Origin: an uncultured archaeon
Lineage (GTDB): Archaea; Iainarchaeota; Iainarchaeia; Iainarchaeales; GCA-2688035
Length of the DNA: 64,000 bases
Assembly: GCA_964354805.1 (NCBI GenBank)
Contig: CAYHBD010000009.1
Span: forward strand, 1 to 64,000
Direction of reading: 5' to 3'
Under the pieces are notes generated by a model. That model worked only from the letters and a program-made list of their open reading frames with translations, did not search any database and was not told where the DNA came from. Positions 35,365 to 47,833 of the stretch are shown here, piece by piece. A program made the translations under genes and the position numbers. Every line of letters starts with the position of its first letter. Within the stretch, counting starts at the first letter, position 1.

Positions 35365-36429
35365 TTAGCGCTCCCCTTTTCTCATTAATTCTTCTACTGC
35401 AAGCCTTCCGAAAAGGAAAGCTATTGTGCTCTCTGCCCCCTGGTTCAGGTTCGGGCCCTGCGCCGTCAACCCGTCAAAGCAAGCGCCAGTGCTTGAATCA
35501 AAAACAGCTTTTCCCAGAAGATTTTTTCCAAGGAACCAGTTGAATGCAATAAATGCATCTTCCGCATACTCCTGCTTTCCGGTTAAATTGAATGCTGTTA
35601 AGGCAGCGTCAGCCATGCTGCCTGCCTCAATAGGCTGCTGGTCAAACAACGCCTTCTGCCCGCCTCTCGGCAGCCAGCCACTCTGCCCAACAGGAACAAA
35701 CATGTCGCCTTCAATTGTTTTGCCCCTTAGGAAACTGTAGGTTTGCTCTGCTGCATGCAAAAAACGCTCATCCTTGGTTGAATCAAAAGCCAAAAAAAGC
35801 GCTTCAGGCATTATTGCATTGTTGTAAGTTAAAATCTCTTCAAACCATTGCCATTCGGCTGAACTGTTTTGCTCAAGCATTGAAAGCAATTTATTTCCAA
35901 GCACGTTTATTTTTTCAGGCAAATCAAGCTGTTCAGGCTTTGCCTTGAAATAATGGTGTATTCCCATCAGTGCCAGGGCAACCGGCCTGCAATCCTCCAA
36001 TGCCGAAATGTTTGGCATTGCATCGTCTATCATTTTTTTTGCAAGCGCCTTTAGGTTTTCATTCAATCCGCTGTTCACTGCAAATCCTGCCGCCCACAAT
36101 GCCCTGCCAAGGCAGTCCCAGCTGGTCTGCTCTTCTGTGAAGCGCTTGTCGAATGAAACAAAATTGTGAAACAAGCCGTTTTCTGTTTGGGTGTAGTGCA
36201 TAAAAGAGAGGTATGTTCTTGCAAGCTGCTCCGCTTCCACAGCGCTTTCAGGAAACAGGCGCTGGAAGCGCAGCACCGCAATCAATGCCCTTGCATTGTC
36301 ATCTGTTGTATATCCTTCTTTGAAGCAGGGCACGGCGTGCGTTGAGTGCTGCAGCATTCCTGTGTGGTCGCTCATTGCCTTCAAGCGCAGCAAATCAACT
36401 GCTGGCAGTTTTTTGTTGAACCTGAACAT
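35365..36429 (-). CDS. (alpha/alpha)6 glycosidase-like protein, usually seen as the C-terminal domain of glycosyltransferase fusions
   Basis: DHTGMLQH…GYTTDDNARAL, WQWFE..LTYNNA, FDQQPIEA, NQGAEST. Confidence 0.75.
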   Translation of the reverse strand: MFRFNKKLPAVDLLRLKAMSDHTGMLQHSTHAVPCFKEGYTTDDNARALIAVLRFQRLFPESAVEAEQLARTYLSFMHYTQTENGLFHNFVSFDKRFTEEQTSWDCLGRALWAAGFAVNSGLNENLKALAKKMIDDAMPNISALEDCRPVALALMGIHHYFKAKPEQLDLPEKINVLGNKLLSMLEQNSSAEWQWFEEILTYNNAIMPEALFLAFDSTKDERFLHAAEQTYSFLRGKTIEGDMFVPVGQSGWLPRGGQKALFDQQPIEAGSMADAALTAFNLTGKQEYAEDAFIAFNWFLGKNLLGKAVFDSSTGACFDGLTAQGPNLNQGAESTIAFLFGRLAVEELMRKGER

Positions 36430-36594
36430 ATTGAATCAGATACAGAACAGTTGTACTTTAAAGCATTTAAATTTTTCCCACACCAAGATTTCCCTGAAAT
36501 GAGCTAGGTTGTTTTAATTCAATTAAAATTTCATTCTATAATTTTATATTCTCTTTTATTTATTAATCAATTAAAAAATTAGTAAGTGAACTTT

Positions 36595-37179
36595 ATGAAA
36601 AAAGGGGAGCATGAAACTTACAACCTCATTAGCTTCATTCAAACCGCAGGCAAACTGAAAGAGGTTAAAAGGCAGGGCTGGATTGAGAGAGGCGTGCAGC
36701 AGCCGGAAAGCGTTGCAGAGCATTCTTTTATGCTTGCGCTGATGGCAATGTTGTTCGCTGAAGGGGAAAAGCTTAATGTATGCAAGGCAGTGAAAATGGC
36801 TTTAGTCCATGATTTGCCTGAAGCAATATGCGGGGACATTGCCTCAAGGGGGAAAGAGGAACAGCAGCAGTGCAGCAACAGGGAAAAGCATGAAAGGGAA
36901 GAGAAAGCGCTGAAAGAAATTCTGCGCAGCCTGGATTCAAAAACAGCAAAAAAAATTTTATCCTTATGGCACGAATTTGAGCAGCGCAAAAGCAGGGAGG
37001 CAAAGCTCGTATATGAACTGGACAGGCTTGAGGCAATCTTCCAGGCGATTGAATACGAGTGCAAAGGAAATTTCACAGTAAGCCTGCAGGAGTTCTTTGA
37101 TTACGCTGACGCAAGACTGCGGAACAAGAGATTGCGCAAAATGTTTCTGCTGCTGATGCAGCAACGGGGCAGAAAATAA
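36595..37179 (+). CDS. HD-domain hydrolase (YfbR/HDDC2-like 5'-deoxynucleotidase)
   Basis: LKEVKRQGW…ESVAEHS…MALVHDLPEA..GD…LDRLE. Confidence 0.9.
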   Translation: MKKGEHETYNLISFIQTAGKLKEVKRQGWIERGVQQPESVAEHSFMLALMAMLFAEGEKLNVCKAVKMALVHDLPEAICGDIASRGKEEQQQCSNREKHEREEKALKEILRSLDSKTAKKILSLWHEFEQRKSREAKLVYELDRLEAIFQAIEYECKGNFTVSLQEFFDYADARLRNKRLRKMFLLLMQQRGRK

Positions 37180-37241
37180 TGGGGCAAGGCGCAAGGTTTT
37201 TATTCTTTTAAGCAATTTATGTTTGCATTTGGCGGTTTTGT

Positions 37242-37475
37242 ATGCCTAAGAAAAAGAAGCCTGCTGGAAAAAAACCTGGTGTGGATAAAAAGAAAGCAGC
37301 TGCGATGGGAAAGAAAGCAGCCGGCGGAAAGGGAAAGAAGCTGGAGCAGGTGAAAAAGAAGGCAGGCAGTGCAGGGGCAGTGAAGCGCAGGCTGCTAACC
37401 CCCCAGGAGATTATTGATTATTACAGGCTACACCACCAGCTGCCGCCTGAATTGCAGAGAAGGGTCGGAAAATAA
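37242..37475 (+). CDS. Lys/Ala/Gly-rich small protein
   Basis: MPKKKKPAGKKPG…LTPQEIIDYYRLHHQLPPEL. Confidence 0.6.
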   Translation: MPKKKKPAGKKPGVDKKKAAAMGKKAAGGKGKKLEQVKKKAGSAGAVKRRLLTPQEIIDYYRLHHQLPPELQRRVGK

Positions 37476-37752
37476 AAAGGCTGGAAGCACTCAAAGAATG
37501 CATGCTTGGGCACTTGTTCCCTGAACCGCAGAGAATGGTCTGAAAATAGCTGTTTTTTGGTTTTAGGGGCAGATTTTTATTTGTTTCTATTGTTAAGTTA
37601 GTAAGTTCGCAATCGTTTATATAGCGATTTTTCTATTTGAGCGTGAAATAATTGTTTGAAATTGATGCCTTGCCATAGTCAGGTATTTGCTTTGGCTCAG
37701 CTGGCAGCGTGCTCAAGCCGGAAAAATTGCTGAATGCGCTGGGGGAATCAGC

Positions 37753-37983
37753 TTGGTATTCGGCGTTGGTGACCATTTTCTTGTTCCAAAGCATGTATTG
37801 CTTTCAGCACAGCAGGCTGCTGAACTGATGAAAAAGTATGGCTTGAACCCTAATCAAATGCCAAAAATTCTGCGAACGGATTCTGCAATAATTGATATGC
37901 TGCCGAAAAAAGGCGACATAGTGAAAATTGTCAGGGACAGCCCAACAGCCGGAAAAACAATTTACTACAGAAGGGTAGTGTAA
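37753..37983 (+). CDS. rpoH: RNA polymerase subunit Rpo5 (H)
   Basis: HFLVPKH…MPKI..TD…GDIVKIVRDSPTAG…YYRRVV; TTG start after GGGGG. Confidence 0.93.
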   Translation: MVFGVGDHFLVPKHVLLSAQQAAELMKKYGLNPNQMPKILRTDSAIIDMLPKKGDIVKIVRDSPTAGKTIYYRRVV

Positions 37984-38147
37984 ACTGGCGGAGAAAAAAA
38001 ACTGAAACTGGAACAAAAATAAAAAAAGGCGAAGGAAAAACCGCAATGAAAAATTGAATGAATTAAAAAGAAATTTTTGAAAAAAAAACTGTGAATGGAA
38101 AAAAAAATGAAAAGAAAAAAATTGTTTAATTTTTAGGGGCAATTAAC

Positions 38148-39614
38148 ATGAGAAACTGGGAACTGATCGAGGCTTATTTCAGGAACAAGAACTTTGCCCA
38201 GATGGAGATTGACTCATTCAACCAGTTTGTTGAGAAAAAGCTGCCTGAAATAATTGACGAGAACAGTGAAATTGTCCCAAAAATTGAGGAAGTAAGGATT
38301 GAAATAAGCGACATCGAGGTTCTAAGGCCGAGGATTGTTGAAGCAGACGGAAGCCCGAGGGCAAACTTTTTTCCAATGGAGGCAAGAATCAGGAACAGGA
38401 CATACAGCAGCCCGCTTTACCTCACAATGAGGCTGCTGAGAAGGGAAGTCGAGCAGGATGTGAGAAGGGCATACATTGGAGAATTGCCGATAATGCTTAA
38501 ATCAAATTTGTGCTGGCTGAACGGAAAAAACGAGGCCGAACTGATTGAAATGGGGGAAGACCCAAAGGACACAGGCGGATACTTTATTATCAACGGAAGC
38601 GAAAAGGCATTGATGACACAGGAAGTGCTTGCATCAGACAGGGTAATGATTAGCGATCGGACAAAAGGCGTTGCAGCTGAAGTGATTTCAACAAAGGGCG
38701 CATTCAAAGGCAGGGTAATGGTAATGAGAAAGCCGGACGGAACCCTGAGTGTGACTTTCCCTGCTTCCCCGAGAAAGCTAAAATTGTTTGTTTTACTGAA
38801 AGCGCTTGGATTGAAGACAGTGAGGGAAATAAAAGAGGCTTTTCCGGAAGAGAAAGAAATAGAGAACGACATTCTTGTAAACTGGGAGAACTGCCTGGTT
38901 AAAACAGAGGAAGAGGCATTGGATAAAATCGGAAAATTTGTTGCGCCAGGGCAGGTAATTGACTACAGGCTGAGGAGAGCCCAGGAAGTCATTGACGCTT
39001 TCCTGCTGCCCCACATTGGGCAGAAAAAAGAAGACAGGCTTGCAAAGGCATACTATTTGGCAATGATGGCCACAAAGGCGATTGAAAGAGCATATGGATT
39101 GAGAGGCGAGGACGACAAGGACCATTACGCAAACAAGCGGCTGGAGTTATCCGGCAAATTAATGGAGCACCTGTTCAGGTACAGCTTCAAGTATTTCATA
39201 AAGGATTTGCGTTTCCAGATTGACAGGACTGTTACAAGAAGAAGAAAGCTGAACATCAGCACAATTGTGAGGCCGGGCGCTGTAACCGAAAGAATCAGGT
39301 TTGCAATGAGCACAGGCAACTGGATTGGCAGGGCAACAGGCGTGAGCAAATTCATGGACAGGGTGAATTTCCTGAGCCCACTGACTGATTTAAGGAAAGT
39401 GAAGAGCCCCCTGAACAAGAACAGGGAGCTGTATGAAGCAAGGGATGTCCACGGAACACACTGGGGAAGGCTAGATCCAATAGAAACACCAGATGGTCCA
39501 CAATGTGGTTTGGTGAAAAACCTGTGCCTGATGGCTGAAGTGACAACAGAAACAGACGAGGTCCCGGTTGAAGAGCTGCTGTACAAAAAAGGGGTGAAGC
39601 TGAGGAAACTGTGA
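38148..39614 (+). CDS. rpoB2: RNA polymerase subunit Rpo2N (B'')
   Basis: GGYFIINGSEK, DDKDHYANKR, RDVHGTHWGRLDPIETPDG..CGLVKN. Confidence 0.95.
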   Translation: MRNWELIEAYFRNKNFAQMEIDSFNQFVEKKLPEIIDENSEIVPKIEEVRIEISDIEVLRPRIVEADGSPRANFFPMEARIRNRTYSSPLYLTMRLLRREVEQDVRRAYIGELPIMLKSNLCWLNGKNEAELIEMGEDPKDTGGYFIINGSEKALMTQEVLASDRVMISDRTKGVAAEVISTKGAFKGRVMVMRKPDGTLSVTFPASPRKLKLFVLLKALGLKTVREIKEAFPEEKEIENDILVNWENCLVKTEEEALDKIGKFVAPGQVIDYRLRRAQEVIDAFLLPHIGQKKEDRLAKAYYLAMMATKAIERAYGLRGEDDKDHYANKRLELSGKLMEHLFRYSFKYFIKDLRFQIDRTVTRRRKLNISTIVRPGAVTERIRFAMSTGNWIGRATGVSKFMDRVNFLSPLTDLRKVKSPLNKNRELYEARDVHGTHWGRLDPIETPDGPQCGLVKNLCLMAEVTTETDEVPVEELLYKKGVKLRKL

Positions 39615-39791
39615 ACCGGGAAATTGCGAAAAATGGAATTTTATTGTTTTATTTGAATTTAAAAAAAACGAATGAAAAAAATGAAACAACCAAAAAATAA
39701 AAAAAATGAAATTTTTTTTTAAAAAAAAAGGAAATGCAAAAAAAGAAATTGAAAAGAAAAAAATGTATAAAAAATTTTGACGTGGTTTTGA

Positions 39792-41615
39792 ATGCCTGCT
39801 GCAAAAAAACTGGCCAAGGTTTACATTAATGGAAGGCTGATCGGCTTCCATGAGGATGTGGAGAAGCTGACGGCCGACCTGATCAAGGCAAGGCGGACAA
39901 GCAAAATCAGCCATTTGGCGAACATCGCTTTCCACGCTGATACAAACGAGTTGTACATTAACACAGATGCAGGCAGGGTGCAGAGGCCACTTATTGTTGT
40001 TGAGAATGGGAAGCCTGCTGTAAGCGAAGAGGACCTTGGCATGGTGCGCTCGGGAAAAATGGCGTGGGATGATTTGGTGAAGCAGGGGAAGATTGAATAC
40101 CTTGATGCAGAGGAAGAGGAAAACGCTTTGATTGCATTGAGCGCAGAGGAATTGACAAAAGAACACACCCATTTGGAGATTAACCCTATTGTGATATTGA
40201 GCGTCATCAGTTCAATGATTCCATATCTGCCGCATGACATGGCTGGAAAGGCATTGCACGGCGCAAAAATGTTCAAGCAGGCTTTGGGCATAAGCGGAAT
40301 CAATTACAATCTGCGGAATGACACAGAGGGCTTCTTGCTTTATTATCCGCAGAAAAATCTGGTTAAGAGCAGGGTAATGGATCTGGTTGAAACAGACAAA
40401 AGGCCCCAGATCCAGAACCTGGTTGTTGCAATAATGCCCTACAGGGGCTTCAATATGCTTGACGCATTGATTTTGAACAAAGGCGCTGTTGAAAGGGGCA
40501 TTGGCAGAAGCGCTTACTTCAGGAATTACGAAGCAGCTGAAAACAGGTATCCTGGCGGCCAGATCGACAAGTTTGAACTGCCCAACGAGGAAACAGTCGG
40601 CTTTCTCGGAGAAGAGGCTTACAAAAAGCTGGGCGAAGACGGCATTGCTGTTGTTGAAGAAGAAGCAAAAGAGAAGGAAATAATCATAGGCAGGACATCA
40701 CCACCGCGCTTCCTTGAGGAAATAAGCGAATTCGGCGTTGTCAAAGAGAAAAGGAGGGAAAGCAGTGTCACTACAAGAAAAGGCAAGCCTGGCTTTGTTG
40801 ATGCAGTTGTTGTAACAGAGAACGAGGACGGAAACAAGATTGCAAAAGTAAAGGTCAGGAGCACAATGATACCTGAAGTGGGAGACAAGTTCAGCAGCAG
40901 GCACGGGCAGAAAGGCGTTATCGGCGCAATTGTGCAGGAAGCAGACATGCCTTTCACAGCAAACGGAATAAAACCAGACCTCATAATTAATCCGCACAGC
41001 ATCCCAAGCAGAATGACAGTAGGGCACCTGCTCGAAATGCTTGCAGGAAAAGCCGGCGCATTGAAAGCAGAGTGCATTGACGGAACCCCATTCAACAGCA
41101 CTGGCAGGGATGAACTGGAAAAATTGCTGCAAGAGCGTGGTTTCAGGAGCGACGGAAAAGAGGTTTTCTACGACGGCATAACAGGCGAAAGAATTACAGG
41201 AGAAGTTTTCACCGGAGTCATTGCTTACAGGAGGCTGTTCCACATGGTTGCCCACAAAATGCAGGCAAGAAGCAGGGGCCCAGTGCAAATCCTTACAAGG
41301 CAGCCGACTGAAGGAAAAGAGAAAGAGGGCGGACTGCGCTTTGGTGAAATGGAAGGCGAAACGCTTGTCGGGCACGGCGCTGCAATGCTGCTGCAGGAGA
41401 AATTCATCGAGGACAGCGATAAAGTAATTGAACTGGTTTGCGAGCATTGCGGAATTATTGCAATAAACGACCAGATAAGGAACAGGAAATACTGCCAGCT
41501 GTGCGGCAGCAGCAAGGTTTACCCTGTCGAAATGAGCTATGGCTTCAAGCTGCTGCTTGATGAACTGAAAGCGCTCGGCATTTACCCAAAGATAGTGATT
41601 GGAAACAAGGCATAA
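39792..41615 (+). CDS. rpoB1: RNA polymerase subunit Rpo2C (B')
   Basis: GDKFSSRHGQKG, NPHSIPSRMT, GGLRFGEME, Zn ribbon. Confidence 0.96.
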   Translation: MPAAKKLAKVYINGRLIGFHEDVEKLTADLIKARRTSKISHLANIAFHADTNELYINTDAGRVQRPLIVVENGKPAVSEEDLGMVRSGKMAWDDLVKQGKIEYLDAEEEENALIALSAEELTKEHTHLEINPIVILSVISSMIPYLPHDMAGKALHGAKMFKQALGISGINYNLRNDTEGFLLYYPQKNLVKSRVMDLVETDKRPQIQNLVVAIMPYRGFNMLDALILNKGAVERGIGRSAYFRNYEAAENRYPGGQIDKFELPNEETVGFLGEEAYKKLGEDGIAVVEEEAKEKEIIIGRTSPPRFLEEISEFGVVKEKRRESSVTTRKGKPGFVDAVVVTENEDGNKIAKVKVRSTMIPEVGDKFSSRHGQKGVIGAIVQEADMPFTANGIKPDLIINPHSIPSRMTVGHLLEMLAGKAGALKAECIDGTPFNSTGRDELEKLLQERGFRSDGKEVFYDGITGERITGEVFTGVIAYRRLFHMVAHKMQARSRGPVQILTRQPTEGKEKEGGLRFGEMEGETLVGHGAAMLLQEKFIEDSDKVIELVCEHCGIIAINDQIRNRKYCQLCGSSKVYPVEMSYGFKLLLDELKALGIYPKIVIGNKA

Positions 41616-41692
41616 AAAAAATAGAATTGAATTAAATTTGGAGAACCGTGTTTGGTTTTGAAAGTCAAAAAAAGAAGTGATGCAAAGTGTTG

Positions 41693-44308
41693 ATGAAGAA
41701 AATTCAGGCGATTGATTTCAGGGTTTTGAGCCCTGAAATGACCAGGAAAATGAGCGCTCTGGAGGTAAAGACGCCCGACACCTATGACAAGGACGGCTAC
41801 CCAATGGAAGGCGGCCTGATGGATCCGCATCTTGGAGTAATCAACCCTGGCTTGAGGTGCAAAACATGCGGCCAGAAAATAAAGTACTGCCCAGGGCACT
41901 TCGGCAGCCTGGAGCTCGTAAGGCCGGTTATCCACAGCGAGTTCAGCAGGAAGCTAGAGCAATTGATGCATGCAACATGCAAGGAATGCGGAAAAATTGT
42001 TTTGCCGGCGGAAGCAGTTGAGAAAGCGAAAAAAGCTTTAAGTGCAGAGAATGCTGAAATAATAGCAAAGAAAATTGTTGCAAAAACGAAGAAAGTGAAA
42101 AGGTGCCAGCACTGCGGCGCGCCAAAGGGCAGGATTCTGCTGGACAAGCCGACAAACTTTTTCTACAACAAGGAAAGGATTTATCCAACCCAGATAAGGG
42201 AATGGATTGAAAAAATCACTGAAAATGATTTGGTTTTGTTTGGTTATGACCCAGAGTTGATCAAGCCATTGTGGTTTGTTTTAAAGGTTCTGCCTGTTCC
42301 GCCGATTACAATAAGGCCAAGCATTACGCTTGAATCCGGAATAAAAAGCGAGGATGACCTTACGCACAAGCTGGTTGACATCATCAGGATCAATTTAAGG
42401 CTGCGGGACAACATTGATGCAGGAGCGCCACAGCTAATCATTGAAGACCTGTGGGATTTGCTGCAATACCATGTCACTACTTACTTCGATAATAACACTG
42501 CGGGAGTTCCGCCTGCAAAGCACAGAAGCGGCAGGGCCCTGAGGACAATAATGCAGCGCTTGAAGGGAAAGAAAGGCAGGTTCAGGCACAACCTGACTGG
42601 AAAAAGGGTGAATTTTGCCGCAAGAAGCACAATTAGCCCGGACCCTTACATTACAATCAGTGAAGTCGGCATTCCAAAAGAGATTGCCGACGAGCTTACT
42701 GTTCCGGAAACAGTAACAGAATGGAACAAAGACAGGCTAAAGGACATTGTTAAAGACACTGATAAAGTTGTTTACGTAATAAGGCCTGATGAGACAAGAA
42801 AAAAGGTTGAAGAAGCGACAAGAAAAGAGATTTCCGAGGAACTGGATATCGGCTTCAGGGTTGAGAGAAAGCTGCAGAATGGCGACATTGTTTTGTTCAA
42901 CAGGCAGCCCAGCCTGCACAGGCTGAGCATGCTTGCCCACAGGGTGAGGATAAGCACTGACAGGACTTTCAAAATCAATCCAACAGTCTGCAAGCCGTAC
43001 AACGCTGACTTTGACGGAGACGAAATGAACGTGCATGTTCCGCAAACAGAAGAGGGCAAGGTAGAGGCAACTGAGCTTATGTTCGTAAGGGACCAGGTGA
43101 TCAGCCCGAGATACGGCGCGCCTGTTATTATAATGGAAGAGGATGGAGTAAGCGGCTTGTTTGTTCTAACACTGCATTCAACAGAATTCAACAAAGCAGA
43201 GATAATGCATTACTTTTACGAAATTGGCTTAAACGACCTGCCGAAGCCAGACAGGGAGCGCAACTACAGCGGAAAACTTTTTTTCAGCCAATTGCTGCCA
43301 AAAGACCTGAACCTAGAGTATAAGACAAACATGTGCAAAATCATCCAGAAAACAAACCCCTGCGAGCAGTGCAAAAAGGACAAATGCCCTTTTGATGCTT
43401 ACCTGCATATTGAAAACGGAAAACTGTTATGCGGGGTTGTCGACCAGGAAAGCATGGGCGAGGCAAAAGGAAAGCTGGTTGATGCAATGGCAAGAAACTA
43501 TCCAAGCGAGGTAATTGAACTGTTCTATTTCAACGCAAACAGGGTTGTTGCTGAATTGCTTACAAAAAAAGGCATGACTGTAGGCCTTGACGAATACGAA
43601 ATAAGCGATGAAATCAAAAAAGAGAAAAGTAGGGTAATAAGCGAAATGATGCGCAAAGGAGAGCAGCTGGCAGAGTCATTCAAAAAAGGCACACTAGAGC
43701 ACATTCCAGGGAGGACGGTTGCAGAGAGCTTTGAAATAAACATGATACAGCTGGCAGCCCAGGAAAAGGACAAAATTGAAAAATTAATAATGAAAGAAAA
43801 ACTGCAGCCCATTATGCAGGAAAAGCCGAAGCTCAACACAATGGTCATGATTGTGAGCGGAAGCAGGGGCAGCAGCGTCAACCTGATGAACATAGGCGGC
43901 TTCTGGGGCCAGGCAAACGTAAGGGAAGGAAGGCCAAAGAGAGGCTACCAGCAGAGGCTGATTACCCTGAATGAAAAAGGCGATGTAGGAGTGCTTGCAG
44001 GCGGCTTTATATCAAGCAACTTCATAGATGGAATGCAGGCAAAAGAATACTTCTACCACAGCATGGGCGGAAGGCAGGGAGAAGTTGACACAGGGGTTTC
44101 AACAAAGGTCAGCGGTTACCTGTACAGGAGGCTTGCAAACAGCCTCAAGGACCTGATGGTGAACAATGATTTAACTGTAAGGACAGCCGAACGGAACCTG
44201 ATCCAATTCACCTACGGAGAGGACGGCGTATTCCCGCAGAAAACCTGGAGAGGAAAAAACATCAACGTTGAAGCAGAACTGGAAAAAATGGAAAAGGAAG
44301 CAAAGTGA
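41693..44308 (+). CDS. rpoA1: RNA polymerase subunit Rpo1N (A')
   Basis: CPGHFG, FNRQPSLH, YNADFDGDEMN. Confidence 0.97.
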   Translation: MKKIQAIDFRVLSPEMTRKMSALEVKTPDTYDKDGYPMEGGLMDPHLGVINPGLRCKTCGQKIKYCPGHFGSLELVRPVIHSEFSRKLEQLMHATCKECGKIVLPAEAVEKAKKALSAENAEIIAKKIVAKTKKVKRCQHCGAPKGRILLDKPTNFFYNKERIYPTQIREWIEKITENDLVLFGYDPELIKPLWFVLKVLPVPPITIRPSITLESGIKSEDDLTHKLVDIIRINLRLRDNIDAGAPQLIIEDLWDLLQYHVTTYFDNNTAGVPPAKHRSGRALRTIMQRLKGKKGRFRHNLTGKRVNFAARSTISPDPYITISEVGIPKEIADELTVPETVTEWNKDRLKDIVKDTDKVVYVIRPDETRKKVEEATRKEISEELDIGFRVERKLQNGDIVLFNRQPSLHRLSMLAHRVRISTDRTFKINPTVCKPYNADFDGDEMNVHVPQTEEGKVEATELMFVRDQVISPRYGAPVIIMEEDGVSGLFVLTLHSTEFNKAEIMHYFYEIGLNDLPKPDRERNYSGKLFFSQLLPKDLNLEYKTNMCKIIQKTNPCEQCKKDKCPFDAYLHIENGKLLCGVVDQESMGEAKGKLVDAMARNYPSEVIELFYFNANRVVAELLTKKGMTVGLDEYEISDEIKKEKSRVISEMMRKGEQLAESFKKGTLEHIPGRTVAESFEINMIQLAAQEKDKIEKLIMKEKLQPIMQEKPKLNTMVMIVSGSRGSSVNLMNIGGFWGQANVREGRPKRGYQQRLITLNEKGDVGVLAGGFISSNFIDGMQAKEYFYHSMGGRQGEVDTGVSTKVSGYLYRRLANSLKDLMVNNDLTVRTAERNLIQFTYGEDGVFPQKTWRGKNINVEAELEKMEKEAK

Positions 44309-44343
44309 AAAGAAAGGGAAAAATTGGCAATACGGGAAAATGA

Positions 44344-45633
<1,290 letters not shown>

Positions 45634-45725
45634 GGGCTGCGGCATAAAAGGGGTTGAAAAAAAAGTAAGAGCAGAGAGAAAATGATTGGAAAAATATGGT
45701 GCTGAAATCTGGGGGTGCTTTTTTT

Positions 45726-46040
45726 ATGGTTGATATCGCAAGGGAACTGAGGAGGGCTGTTGACACAGGCAGCGTTTCATTCGGCTTTCAGCAGGCAAAG
45801 AAAAAAATTTTAAATGGAACGTGCCAACTGGTTATTATAAGCAGCAATGCCGAAAAGGGGAAAAAGGCTGCAGTGCAGCATTTGTGCAAAACAGGGGAAA
45901 TTCCCTTTTTTTCAGCGGCTGAAACAGGCCCGCAGCTTGGCGCGGCTTGCGGCAAGCCGTTCGTTGTTTCATTCGCCTGCATTGAAAAAGCTGGAAAGAG
46001 CAAAATACTGGATGCAGCAAAACAGGGCAAAACAAAGTAG
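45726..46040 (+). CDS. rpl30e: 50S ribosomal protein L30e
   Basis: AVDTG.V.FG…LGAACGKPF. Confidence 0.93.
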   Translation: MVDIARELRRAVDTGSVSFGFQQAKKKILNGTCQLVIISSNAEKGKKAAVQHLCKTGEIPFFSAAETGPQLGAACGKPFVVSFACIEKAGKSKILDAAKQGKTK

Positions 46041-46206
46041 CAGCAGGAACCAACACACAGAAGCAGCTGGTGAAAACGCAATTAGACAATAGGGAAACAG
46101 CACAAGCATGTTGAATAATAGAGAAATAATAGAGAACATGGCGAAAAAGCAAAAAAATTTGACAACACGATGGGTTACAGTTAAAACAGCGAAAAGTGAG
46201 CATTGG

Positions 46207-46620
46207 ATGCGTTTAAACAGCGATGAAATTTTTTATTTGAATGAATTCAGCTCAGCCAGCGGCGCGAGCGCAAGGGACTGCGTTATTGAAGAAAACGTTG
46301 TATCCTTCTTGGTGAAAAAAGACGCCATGGGAAAAGCGATCGGAAGGAATGCTGAAACAGTGAAAAAGCTGAGGCAAAAGCTGAGGCGAAATATTGAAAT
46401 TTTTGAATACGACGATGACGTGCAGGGATTCATTAAAAAAGCCTTGTACAGCATTAAAATTGATGCAATAAACATTGCTGAAAGGAACGGGAAAAAACAG
46501 GCAATATTGCGGCTTGATTCGGAGAATAAAAGAAAATTGCTGAATAATTTATCAAGGGTTAAAAGAATTAAAGCCTTTGCAAAAAGAGATTATAATATAG
46601 ACGACGTGAGAACAAGGTGA
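46207..46620 (+). CDS. nusA: Archaeal NusA
   Basis: ARDCV…MGKAIGRN KH domain; canonical operon position. Confidence 0.9.
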   Translation: MRLNSDEIFYLNEFSSASGASARDCVIEENVVSFLVKKDAMGKAIGRNAETVKKLRQKLRRNIEIFEYDDDVQGFIKKALYSIKIDAINIAERNGKKQAILRLDSENKRKLLNNLSRVKRIKAFAKRDYNIDDVRTR

Positions 46621-46679
46621 AAAAGAGGAAAAATTAAAATTGAAAAAAAATTTGAAAATTAAAAAAAATGTAAGGTGAA

Positions 46680-47114
46680 ATGTCGATGGCTAAAGGAGAG
46701 TTTGCTGCAGCAAAGCTTGAAAAGGACAGGCAGCACTGGCGCTGGAAGAAGCCAAGCTACAAAAAAAGGGTAGCAGGCTTTAGGGACAAATTCGACCTGC
46801 TAGAGGGATCACCGCAGGCAAGAGGCATAGTTCTGGAAAAAAGGGGGGTTACGGCAAAACAGCCGAACTCAGGCATAAGAAAATGCGTCAGAGTGCAATT
46901 AATCAAGAACGGCAGAGAGCTGACAGCGCTTGCACCATACGACGGCGCAATAAAATTCATTGAAGAGCACGATGAAGTAATAGTTGAAGGAATAGGCGGG
47001 GCAAAAGGCGGTCCAAAAGGCGACCTGTGGGGAGTGAAGTACAGGGTAACCCACGTAAACGGCCAGTGCCTCGAAATGCTCAGAACAGGCAGAAAAGAGA
47101 AAGTGAAGAGGTAA
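46680..47114 (+). CDS. rps12: 30S ribosomal protein S12 (uS12)
   Basis: [20 protein letters not shown]. Confidence 0.96.
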   Translation: MSMAKGEFAAAKLEKDRQHWRWKKPSYKKRVAGFRDKFDLLEGSPQARGIVLEKRGVTAKQPNSGIRKCVRVQLIKNGRELTALAPYDGAIKFIEEHDEVIVEGIGGAKGGPKGDLWGVKYRVTHVNGQCLEMLRTGRKEKVKR

Positions 47115-47181
47115 ACAGGAAAATGAGTGAAAGACGGCTAGAGGTATAATGTAAAGAGATGAGATAAGTACTGTGGTTTTT

Positions 47182-47784
47182 ATGTCAATTGTTTTCGGAA
47201 AATGGGATTCGCAGGATGTCAAAATAAGCGATTCAAGCTTAGCCAACTACATCAACCTGCAGACAAAGGTTGTTCCTCACACATTCGGCAAACAGTCAAG
47301 GCGCAGGTTTGAGAAAAGAAAAATGAGCATTGTAGAAAGGCTTGTCAACAAGGTAATGAGATCAGGCCAAGGCAAAAGAAAGCTGAGCGGAAAATACATC
47401 AGGGGCAGGGGCAGCTGCGGAAAAAAACTGCAGGCAATGCGAATAGTTGAAGAAGCATTCTCAATCGTTGAAAGGAAAACAAACCAGAACCCGCTGCAGG
47501 TCCTGGTTAGAGCAATAGAGAACGCTGCACCGCGCGAAGACACAACAAAAATAAAGAAGGGCGGCATCAGCTACGCAGTGGCTGTTGATGTTGCGCCGCT
47601 GAAGAGAGTTGACGAATCGCTGAAAAACATTGCACTATCCGGATTCATAGGCTCATTCAACCAGAAAAGAAGCGCCGCAGAAGCACTTGCAGAAGAACTG
47701 ATTCTTGCTTCAAAAGCCGACCAGAAAAGCCTGAGCGTGAAAAGAAAAGACGAAGTGGAAAGAATAGCAAAAAGCAGCAGGTAA
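47182..47784 (+). CDS. rps7: 30S ribosomal protein S7 (uS7)
   Basis: NPLQVLVRAIENAAPRED…AVDVAP…ERIAKSSR. Confidence 0.96.
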   Translation: MSIVFGKWDSQDVKISDSSLANYINLQTKVVPHTFGKQSRRRFEKRKMSIVERLVNKVMRSGQGKRKLSGKYIRGRGSCGKKLQAMRIVEEAFSIVERKTNQNPLQVLVRAIENAAPREDTTKIKKGGISYAVAVDVAPLKRVDESLKNIALSGFIGSFNQKRSAAEALAEELILASKADQKSLSVKRKDEVERIAKSSR

Positions 47785-47833
47785 AAAATGAAGGAAGGCA
47801 CAAAACAGTAAGTATAATATAGAGCTGATTTTT

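Noticed and set aside
35260-39630. Possible further gene-end echoes after ftsZ, the HD gene and rpoB''
   Set aside because: Similarity is short and degenerate; it needs a statistical test before being counted.
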